A program made the translations under genes and the position numbers. Positions 53,847 through 63,678 of a DNA stretch of 63,678 nt are shown piece after piece. This DNA is from Schmidtea nova (lineage: Eukaryota): positions 189,348,323-189,412,000 of the forward strand of contig CM097883.1 in the NCBI GenBank assembly GCA_044892505.1, read 5' to 3'. How positions within the stretch are numbered: position 1 is the first letter of the stretch; every line of letters starts with the position of its first letter. The notes under the pieces were generated by a model. It did no database searches. It worked only from the letters and a program-made list of their open reading frames with translations, and was not told the DNA's origin.

Positions 53847-54431
53847 ATGCCGACTACCGAAAATTCCAAGAAAATCATGGGACAAATCCAAGAAAGGAAG
53901 TTGAGGGACCAGCAGCGACAGATCAAGCGACTCACGGTCGCCAATGATGAATTAAGGGCGAAGTGGTTCTCGCCCGGACAAATGAAGGACCAGTCGAAAA
54001 AACTTGAGCGGATGCAGGAAGCACTTGCCGCAACCAAATTGGAACTAGATGCCGTCCAGCGGGAACTCCGAAATTGCCTGAACGCAGTAACAAGAAGTTA
54101 CCTCGACTCCGAATTGCGAGCGCTAATCCGGCCGATCACGGCTCAGCGCTGGATACAATGCACTCACCAAGATGTCGCTTGCGGGACAGAAGATGATATC
54201 ATCATGGCACCCACTCTTACAACGGAAGATTTGCCTATTTTTCTCAGTGATCCCCCGAGAATAATAGCGTCAGCACCGGTCATAAACCAACAGCTTCGAA
54301 AACATCGAATGGGATCGCGACAGCGCCGTCGTCGCCGAGAATTTGCAAAGCGCCTGGACGAACAAATCCACCACCTGAACTCCTTAACCGAAGCAGAGTT
54401 AATCCAGGAGATTAGCCTGGAGCTTGAATAG
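53847..54431 (+). CDS. LTR-encoded ORF B, 3' LTR copy
   Basis: Identical translation to 28416-29000. Confidence 0.7.
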   Translation: MPTTENSKKIMGQIQERKLRDQQRQIKRLTVANDELRAKWFSPGQMKDQSKKLERMQEALAATKLELDAVQRELRNCLNAVTRSYLDSELRALIRPITAQRWIQCTHQDVACGTEDDIIMAPTLTTEDLPIFLSDPPRIIASAPVINQQLRKHRMGSRQRRRRREFAKRLDEQIHHLNSLTEAELIQEISLELE

Positions 54432-55197
54432 GAAAACCTCAATGTAAAATAACAACCTGTCTTTATTATTTTAATAAAAGTATTACTGTGTAAAATTTTT
54501 CTCTCATCGTGTGAATTCACTAAATAAAATAAAATAACAATAGCTAAATCCTAGAAGTAAAAAATCGCAGCCGCATTTTCTCAAACCGACCGTTTCTACG
54601 CAGGGACTGATTAATTACATTGTAGATCAATTAAGGAAAGTCGTTGGGAAAAGCGTATGATAGATCATAAGGATATGTAATACAAAATGCAGTAAGAAAC
54701 GAACATCCATAGAATGTAAATGCGTAAGACCTTCTATCGGCAGCAAGGACCCGAGGGAAGATAAATGGGGAGTAGTTTTGGCAACAAAGCTCACCTGCCC
54801 ATCATTTTTCCACCACCGTATGCAGTACCAACTTGGCTAGTAGGGAATAGTCAAGGGCATACGCGTGTAGTAGTCATGTTATGTATGGTTATGGGCGTGG
54901 AATCCCTAGTATACGTACTCATCAACAGTCGTTCAATTAATGATTAACTATTTATTTGAATTACTTAAAACCCACCCATAATCCCAGCAATTTTATGATA
55001 ATTGTTTCCCCTTAGTCAGATTGGTTATTATTATTGTTATCATTATTGCTTTTACTATTATTGCACTCGGAATTCTCCCTTCAACAGATCTTCAAACATT
55101 AATTACTTCTATTCAATATAATTATAAATTACTTAATAAAATAAATAATATTTTAATAAATTGTAGAACTATTTAAATTTTAAAAAGTTTATTTTAG

Positions 55198-55268
55198 ATC
55201 TAATACAATTCGTTCAAATAATTCATGTGGCATCATTATCAATGAAAGAAGCATCAGTATTTTAGAAG
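55198..55268 (+). CDS. Host beta-helix gene exon immediately downstream of the retroelement
   Basis: ttttag acceptor. Its phase 2 start matches the donor at 25028, giving PIIR|SNTIRSNNSCGIIINERSISILE. Confidence 0.8.
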
Positions 55269-55639
55269 GTGATTTTTTTTTATTTTCAGATTTGTTTTGT
55301 ATTAGAATTTTAATTTACTTTATTGCCAATGTGGTTCAATTTATGTAAAATATTTAGAAACCTTAATTTCTTCGCTTAATTTCTAATTATTTAAATTTTG
55401 AATATAATAATTGTTATAAAATTGATATGTGGTGTAACCAATAACCAATGAGACTCATAGAAGAAAACAAATAAAATAAACCAAACTGTCAATATATATT
55501 CGGTCGTGGTTACAGGTAAATATACTGTTATTTTTTAATCAGTTATTACTTAATTAAGAAATTTTAGCATTTATTTTAAAATGTTAATAGAACTGCAATA
55601 TTGCAGTGTTATTCGTTGTCTCTTTATGGAAGACATGAG

Positions 55640-56230
55640 GAGAGAAGATGTCAATAAAGAGTTGAGTGATGTTTATGGCAGAGAGTGTTTATCAAAAGCA
55701 TCTATTTATCGTTGGTACAATTACTACCAAAGTGGTAAAACCTCAATTTATGACTAGTGAAGGCCAGGAAAGCCTTGTAAATCAAAGAAAAATAAAAGAC
55801 TCGAAAGACATGTTCAGACTGAGAGGTAAATTACAGCCAGTGAGCTTAAAATGCACCTGTATGTAAGTAAAGGCACTATAGATACATTACTCAGTGAGAG
55901 TGGCATAAAAGAATTATGCTCTCGCTTTGAACCTTGTTTTATAACTGTTGAAATATGAAATCGATGTCTGTAGTGCTGCGAAGAAAACCTTCACATTTTG
56001 TAAGATTTTGAAAAGAGGATTTTGGAAAATATTATTAATATGAATAAAACACTTCTTTCACTACATGTTTCACAATCTAAACGGGAATCGGAAGAGTGGA
56101 AACTGTCTGGAGAGGTTTGTTCTAAGAAGAACAGGTAATCAACAAATCACCGAAAAGCGCTCATGTTGACTGTGTTTTGGGATATCTATGGCATTATTCT
56201 GGCTGATTCTGCGCAAAGTTTGTTTCTAAT
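55640..56230 (+). mobile_element. Degenerate mariner transposase remnant
   Basis: Translated fragments DVYGRECLSKASIYRWY...G...RPGKP (HTH) and MLTVFWDIYGII (DDD core), with stops and frameshifts. Confidence 0.7.
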
Positions 56231-57549
56231 AACAACTTCTACTACTCTAAACTTGTGTTTCGTATCTTAAACGATGATAATGCTTGCACTTGTTTGATTA
56301 TATTTACTTATTCCTAAAAACTGAAATTTCCAAGCAGATCAAGTTCATAAGCCGTTAATTTAATTCCAATATCTATTTTTAAAAGTATCAACAACAATTA
56401 ACAACCCTTTATATTTTTTAGAAAATCCAAACAATTTACAAAATTCTAACAAAATCTAAATTATTAAAACAATCTCCCAAAAAAAGTCAAAATAAATGAT
56501 ATATTTTTATATAATATAAATTTCTTTTTAAAAATTTTAATTTAACTAATTTTTCTTTTTAATAGTCTAAACTCTTTTTTCTTTTGCAGTTTTATTTTCA
56601 GTATTTCTTTAAATTAAACTTTTATGTTCATTCATCTGTTAAGCTGCATAATTGCCAATAATTTGAAAATAATATATCTGGAATAGATTTGGGATAATCT
56701 ATATGGCATTTAATACGCAGTTTAAGAATAATAGAATTATCATAGGACTATTTGATTGAACTTGAAAAACCCGATAGATTATCAACCATGTGACTTTCTT
56801 TCGAATTTGGCACGATCATTTAAAATGCTTCGAGTTGAAACGAATTTTAGCGATTGTACTTTTTTCAAACTCATTCTATTGGAACTTCTTTCAAATTCAA
56901 CAAATCCCACAACAAAGGTACTCATGTCGGCACTGCCGACACATGTTAATCCACCGGTTCGAGACGATTTGAATTTTAGTTTCTTTCGTTTCATAAATCG
57001 TATGAGTGAAGAAGGAGATTTGCGAGTGACTAGTGGTTTTTGGTATTCTGTCATTGAAGGTGGTTGGAGAAAGAAGTCATTTATGGAGGTGACCAATCGG
57101 ACGTTTGAACGGCATGTTGAATGATTTTTTTGGCGAAGAAAATTAAGTTCTTTTGATCAACATCCAAAATCTTTGTAACAAGATGATGAACAGGTGGATA
57201 TAGAGTTTTTCAGTTTACCATTTGTCAAATTTTTTGAACAAAATATTCCAAATAGAAAATGTAAAAGTATCCGGTTCACATCTCTGTATCATGAATTCTT
57301 CTCAGAAATTCACACACATTCGGACATGCATGCCGAACAAACACCCCCACATTGTGCAAGAAACAAGAAATGGTATGTGGACAGTAGGTAGATGTGAGGA
57401 GTCAAACACAAAGACATGAGTGGTCGAAAAATTTTAAACAAAGACCATGAGTCATCGAACCCCTTCTCCCGGGGAAGAGGAGGGGTAATTTTTTTGTGTG
57501 GGCGAGGAGGGTCAAAGTTTTTAAAAAATTTTTTTCATGACTCATCGTT

Positions 57550-60500
57550 ATGATGTCAAAAAAAATAAAATACCTCAACGTAATATTTATTTATTTTCCT
57601 ACCCATTTTAACAATGCAATCCATGTGCAATATTAACAAAGACATCGCAATACAGATGCAAGTTAACAATGAAATTGCAATACCCGTGCAAGCCAAATTT
57701 ACAAAGACATACATGCAAGTTAATAATAATTATAATAAAAATAATAATAATAATAATAATAATATCATAATTATCTTTTTTCACCTTTGATCTTTTTTTA
57801 TTATTATTATCAATAATTCTCATAATGCTGACTATAGATCAAAAAAATTTTTTTATAAACAAAAATAATTATTGTTTATAAAAAAAAATTTTTGATCTAT
57901 AGTCAGCNNNNNNNNNNNNNNNNNNNNNNNNNNNNNNNNNNNNNNNNNNNNNNNNNNNNNNNNNNNNNNNNNNNNNNNNNNNNNNNNNNNNNNNNNNNNN
58001 NNNNNNNNNNNNNNNNNNNNNNNNNNNNNNNNNNNNNNNNNNNNNNNNNNNNNNNNNNNNNNNNNNNNNNNNNNNNNNNNNNNNNNNNNNNNNNNNNNNN
58101 NNNNNNNNNNNNNNNNNNNNNNNNNNNNNNNTTAGACAGCCTAAGTATAATATAAAATGCGATATCGACATTCTTACAAAATTATTCAAATCCTTCAATA
58201 ATAAATTAATTATTGGTTTAACAGACTCAATCGGATATGATAAATCTATGATAAAATTATCCAGTTTTATTATGATTCTTAATGATATCGATTCTACAGA
58301 ATTCAATATTAATACCATTTTCTGGTCATGTATGGAATTTCGAATTGGAAAATATCGTACTTTTATTCGAACTTGCATGCTGAGTGTGGATATTTAAGAA
58401 GTAAATACCAACAATAAATTGGAAGAAACCAAACAAAGATTTCTCACATGTTCAATATTTAATAATAATAGTTTGTATTTTATTTTTACCTTGTGGACAT
58501 ATTATTATTTATTCAAAATGTTTAAAAAACATTAATAAGTGTGAATCTTGTGGTATAANNNNNNNNNNNNNNNNNNNNNNNNNNNNNNNNNNNNNNNNNN
58601 NNNNNNNNNNNNNNNNNNNNNNNNNNNNNNNNNNNNNNNNNNNNNNNNNNNNNNNNNNNNNNNNNNNNNNNNNNNNNNNNNNNNNNNNNNNNNNNNNNNN
58701 NNNNNNNATTTTCATTTAACTTTACTAAAACAAAAAAAATTGTTTCCACTCAAACATTAAAATTGACTATATAATATCAAATTTACTGAATTCATAGCTA
58801 AATTTACTTGCTGATATTAAGAAAATTTCAATATTTTACCAATGATACTCAGAAAATTATCATTAATTTTCAACTTGCTTTTTATTGATACACATAGGAA
58901 TTTTTTTTTGAATTTATTATCGATCATATTACATTATCAATTTTGTATATATAGGAATAAATATTTACTGATACACTTTCATCAATGATATTTTTAGCAG
59001 AACCTTGCTAAGAGAATGCGCTTTATGTTTTATTATAATTATTATTAGTCTTTAAAATTTTATATTACATAAGTTATTATTATTATTGTTATTATTATTA
59101 TTAATATTATTAAATTAATTAATAAATAAGTAACAAAATAAGCCTTTGCTGCAAAAATAATTTTATTAAGTGAGAAAATTTCCGATTATAAAAAAATCCT
59201 CGTCAATCTCTAATTCGGCAATTAACTAATATCTTCATTCATTCTGTTGTTTCTTTTTTCGTGATTTCTCTTCCTTTTCATTGAATGTTAATCTGATTAA
59301 TATAAATTTTTTAAATTCTTAATTGTTTTTAAAAGTTTTTTGTTAAAAATTTAAAAATATAAAATAAAAACTCTAAAAATTCTTAAAAATATTTTCTAAA
59401 TTTTTTTCAGAATAAATAAATTTATCCTTTTTTTAAAAATTGAAAATTTTTAAATTTTTCATTGTCTCTATTCTACACTTAATTTTCCAACCCTTTATAT
59501 TTGAATTTTATTTTGTTTTATTTTAAAATTTAATTATATCTCTTTGAAATGCCCATAAATTCTCTGTACTATCACGTTTCTTTCTTCTTTTTTTATATCT
59601 TGCTTTTACTTTTATACTTTCGTCTTTGTAGAACCACATTTTTTTAACAAGATAACAAGTGGGCGATTTCGCTTACTTCCTCTTTAGAGTTATTTTTTTG
59701 GTGTTTGTCTCTAAAGAAAATAGCTTCTTTAAGTCTGAGATGTTTTTCATCGTTTTCGTTTGTCAATATTCTCACTGATATTAATTTTTCCTTATTTTTT
59801 GTCTGACATTGGTGAAGATGTCTATATACAGATGACTTTCCACCAAAATCAAGATGTTCTTTAATTCTCTGACGCAAAGTCCGAAGGGTGCTTCCGATGT
59901 AAATTTTTTCGCATTTATTACACATGATGCTAAAAACAATGTTCTTGCGAAAGCATAATTTCTTTGGTGTTTGGCAATTTTCCATCTTACATATATTTTC
60001 CTTTCTCGTGTTGTTAGCTAGAGCTTGCCCTTATGTCTTAGATCTATGTGCCAAACGAATCGGAAGGCCACTGAGATTAAGTTCTTTGATGATCATGAAA
60101 TTTATTCGGTCACTGATGAAAGGAATTCGAAGGTAGAAATATTTCTTTTCCTTTTGTAGGTCTTTCTGCCTTCTCTGGTTGAATTTTACTTTGTTGATCT
60201 CGTTAATATTATGGTATCCATAANNNNNNNNNNNNNNNNNNNNNNNNNNNNNNNNNNNNNNNNNNNNNNNNNNNNNNNNNNNNNNNNNNNNNNNNNNNNN
60301 NNNNNNNNNNNNNNNNNNNNNNNNNNNNNNNNNNNNNNNNNNNNNNNNNNNNNNNNNNNNNNNNNNNNNNNNNNNNNNNNNNNNNNNNNNNNNNNNNNNN
60401 NNNNNNNNNNNNNNNNNNNNNNNNNNNNNNNNNNNNNNNNNNNNNNNNNNNNNNNNNNNNNNNNNNNNNNNNNNNNNNNNNNNNNNNNNNNNNNNNNNNN

Positions 60501-60890
60501 NNNNNNNNNNNNNNNNNNNNNNNNNNNNNNNNNNNNNNNNNNNNNNNNNNNNNNNNNNNNNNNNNNNNNNNNNNNNNNNNNNNNNNNNNNNNNNNNNNNN
60601 NNNNNNNNNNNNNNNNNNNNNNNNNNNNNNNNNNNNNNNNNNNNNNNNNNNNNNNNNNNNNNNNNNNNNNNNNNNNNNNNNNNNNNNNNNNNNNNNNNNN
60701 NNNNNNNNNNNNNNNNNNNNNNNNNNGTTAATTTGGCTTGCACAGTTATTGCAATGTCTTTGTTAACTTGCATATGTATTGTAATGTCTTTGTTTTTGTT
60801 AATATTGCACATGCATTGCAATGTCAAAATGGGTAGGAAAATAAATATATATTACTTTGAAGTATTTTAATTATTTTTTTTAACATCTTG
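57550..60890. repeat. Inverted pair of a dispersed repeat (about 57550-57720 versus 60726-60890) with internal ~21-bp ttgcaatgtctttgttaa units; further pieces near 61200-61300 and 61820-61890
   Basis: ttttcctacccatttt...aatattaacaaagac is the reverse complement of ...gttaatattgcac...aaaatgggtaggaaaa. Confidence 0.6.
59644..60180 (-). mobile_element. Penelope-like element 3' fragment (GIY-YIG endonuclease)
   Basis: NIVFSIMCNKCEKIYIGSTLRTLRQRIKEH...SSVYRHL...LRLKEAIFF is the PLE GIY-YIG signature. Confidence 0.8.
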
Positions 60891-60923
60891 AAGGTTTGAG
60901 GATATCATCAAATACCTTTTGAA

Positions 60924-60925
<2 letters not shown>

Positions 60926-60990
<65 letters not shown>
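60926..60990. repeat. (TA)n microsatellite
   Basis: Direct observation. Confidence 0.95.
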
Positions 60991-60993
<3 letters not shown>

Positions 60994-62823
60994 TGAAAAT
61001 TTTGAACNNNNNNNNNNNNNNNNNNNNNNNNNNNNNNNNNNNNNNNNNNNNNNNNNNNNNNNNNNNNNNNNNNNNNNNNNNNNNNNNNNNNNNNNNNNNN
61101 NNNNNNNNNNNNNNNNNNNNNNNNNNNNNNNNNNNNNNNNNNNNNNNNNNNNNNNNNNNNNNNNNNNNNNNNNNNNNNNNNNNNNTGTATATTTTATAAG
61201 TTATTGTATGTTACATATCTGCATTGCAATGTCTTTGTTAATTTGCATTGGTATTGCAATGTCTTCGTTAACTTGCATTGGCATTGCAATGTCCTTGTTT
61301 AAATTGGGGTAAGAAATCTTTTAAAATAGTGGTAGAAAAATCTTTGAAACACTCACACACATATACACCATCTCTGGTATGATACTCATATGTCAAAGCT
61401 TGCCAATCAACCCATCCGTTTAGAAAAGAAAATAGCACTTGTGCGAGTTACAATGAAATATGTGTTAACTTAAACATTGAATGCAACCAAATACCATTAC
61501 AGTGTGATCATTGTCCTTCAAAACATGATTTGATTAAGAATGAAATAGAAAAAATGATTACTAAAATATATGAGTTCAAACTGAAAACGAAAATACGGCA
61601 TTAGCATTACATTATATCAGTTTATTCATACTAATCGTGATCTTGCTAATAATTGAACGACGATAAGGTTAGAGAAAATGTCTAATATTTATAAGGATAA
61701 TCCTTCGAATAATATTCATATGAATAATTTTGAGTCGAAATTTTGTACACGTACCCAGCGTTATTTATAATTAAATTTTATTATTTAGTCTTTGTCTTTA
61801 TTATTATTATTCCTAAGTTGCACGGGCATTGTAATGTCTTTGTTAATTTACATCTGCATTGCAATGTCTTTGTTAACTTGCAATGTCGTCTTTAAAAAGG
61901 GTATGAAATTATATTTGCACACCATCATCGCTATTACCTTTTGATATACATAGTTTTAATTATTTTGAGCCTTGATTGTTATGACCATGAAAAAACCTTT
62001 TCAATTATATATAATTTGTTTGAAAAAATTTGAATATTTCTTTTGTTTCAAAATTTTATTTTTCAATCACATACCTTCAAAAATAAAATCATCGTGTGCA
62101 GCTTGCGAAGGCCTTTCGAATGATACCAAATTTTACCTTGGTACTTTAAATTTTTAAAAATGTTTTATTTTATTCAAATTTTTAATTAGTCATCGATGCG
62201 TCATCAGATGAATCATCGATGAATCATAACGATGAGTTATGAAAATGATGAGTCATCGATAAATTATCAATTAACAAATTTTAAAAATATTTAAAATATA
62301 AAAAAAACTTTTAATCAGTCATAGGTGAGTCAAAATTTAAAAAAATTCCTTAAAACCTATGTTAATGCAAATGGAAATGACTTGCTTATTGTAAACACGA
62401 AATATATTTATATTCATTTATTTATTTCTATACTAGTCTCACTATTTTTTGGCGCACCACATATATATATTATTTACATATGAAGATATATTATTTACAT
62501 ATGAAAATAAATATTTTCAATTCAATTTATTTTTGAACTTTGATTGTTTTGCAATATTATTGTCTAAAGTAAATAATATTACAATAAATAAATTTTTAGT
62601 AGGCACATTCGTCAATTTTGCGATTCTTCGACTAATAGAATGATCTCTATTTTAGAGTTATATATCTCTATACATTAAGTGACTTTAATATCCTTTGAAG
62701 AAATAATAGACAAATAAGAGAAGATTTTTTAAAAGCGTTTTTATGAAAAAGTTCTCTTCTCTATCGACTTTCAATTATCAACAATAAATTATTTTAATTT
62801 TCTGTATTTTATATTTTTTTCAG

Positions 62824-63130
62824 ACAACTTAATTTTTAAAAATCGAGAATCAAATATTTGGATTCGGAAATTTTCGGCACCCGTTATAAGCTGCAATTTC
62901 ATTTGTCAAGCTCACAACGACGGGATCATATTAGATGATGGAAGCAAAGGTACAATAGCAAACAATATAATAATGGGTTAATTTTAACTAATTTTTGTTG
63001 AATTTATCATTGCATTTTTTTATCACAGATAATTTCAAAAATGGTATTTTATTGCTGAATTCAGATTTGCCATATATTTATGGAAATCAAATTTGTCAGA
63101 ATAAACAACATGGCATTCATATTGCAAGGG
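62824..63130 (+). CDS. Host beta-helix gene, exons 62824-62976 and 63029 to about 63130
   Basis: Phase 1 matches the donor at 55268. Reads DNLIFKNRESNIWIRKFSAPVISCNFICQAHNDGIILDDGSKGTIANNIIM|DNFKNGILLLNSDLPYIYGNQICQNKQHGIHI with a 52-nt intron. Confidence 0.8.
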
Positions 63131-63678
63131 TCATAATGGTTAGATCATGACGCATATCTTTATAAACATGCTATTTTGAAGTCATTTAACTCTTAGATAC
63201 TTTCACTGCGTTGCAGCGCCTATTTTAAATTTGAATATTATATAATTTATTTATTGTAAATATTATATTCTTTAACATGTATCGAGTCTTTTCTTACTTC
63301 TTTCTCATCATAACTCACATAATACCTAACTTCGCACAATTCAATTTTTAGTGAGGCATTTCAAATTCGAAAATACAAACGTAAACACTATTAAGAGTCG
63401 TAGTGGCTACCCATATGGTAAGTGTCATTAGTGCTTCATTGTTGTTGCATCGTTTATTTTAGTTATTTCGTGCCGCTGTTAATGGCTAACAGGAAGACGT
63501 AACTATTTGTTTACTAATTTTCATATTCATTGATGCAAATAATATGCGTTGATTTGTCGAATTCAGGTTGTGAGTAATTTTACTAGCTAACACAGGATTA
63601 TTTTACGAGGATTATTTTATAATTGAAAATTTTCTCGCTTAATAAAATTGTTTTTCAGCAAAGGCTTATTTTGTTAAT

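Larger units (their letters stand above)
26320..54989 (+). mobile_element. Giant (28,670 bp) Ty3/gypsy LTR retroelement with an env-like glycoprotein and many accessory genes
   Basis: Two 3,239-bp direct repeats (TG...CA), ATTT TSD at 26316-26319 and 54990-54993, a PBS, gag, and PR-RT-RH-IN in gypsy order. Confidence 0.97.
51751..54989 (+). repeat. 3' LTR
   Basis: Same length and termini as the 5' LTR, followed by the ATTT TSD. Confidence 0.97.

Noticed and set aside
56756-57419. Overlapping plus and minus ORFs of 60-122 aa in a less AT-rich patch
   Set aside because: No recognisable motif, they do not fit the host exon phases, and the coding strand cannot be decided.
57827-57907. Near-perfect 80-bp hairpin
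   Set aside because: It abuts an N gap and its arms match a common MITE-end motif (ctatagatcaaaaaa, also near 5977-6120 and 25655), so it is a repeat remnant or assembly artefact.
57869-61199. ORF-track entries containing long X runs (also 4279-4779 tail and 10769-11033)
   Set aside because: Artefacts of translating through assembly gaps.

Overview
AT-rich eukaryotic (metazoan) genomic DNA with several N gaps. The 52-56 nt introns would fit a planarian-like host, but the sequence cannot prove this. A multi-exon host gene on the + strand runs across the whole window and encodes a right-handed beta-helix (PbH1, FBXO10/FBXO11-like) protein. Its introns hold decayed DNA transposons (hAT/Buster, pogo/Tigger, mariner, MITEs) and a Penelope-like fragment. 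The dominant feature is a young, structurally complete 28,670-bp Ty3/gypsy LTR retroelement (26320-54989) inserted in the sense orientation in one host intron. It has 3,239-bp near-identical LTRs, a 4-bp ATTT target-site duplication and a tRNA-Pro primer site. Its coding content resembles a complex virus. Each LTR carries two ORFs, and an IAP-type RING gene precedes gag. The main coding region appears to be one polyprotein of about 5,000 aa, broken here by a few lesions, in the order Gag, ubiquitin-like folds, AT-hook, Bcl-2-like domain, chuvirus-like glycoprotein, PR, RT, RNase H, IN, ankyrin repeats and an FN3-like membrane protein. A 3' array of separate genes follows, including a full-length TRAF. 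All domain calls come from motif recognition by eye and need HMM or structure confirmation.
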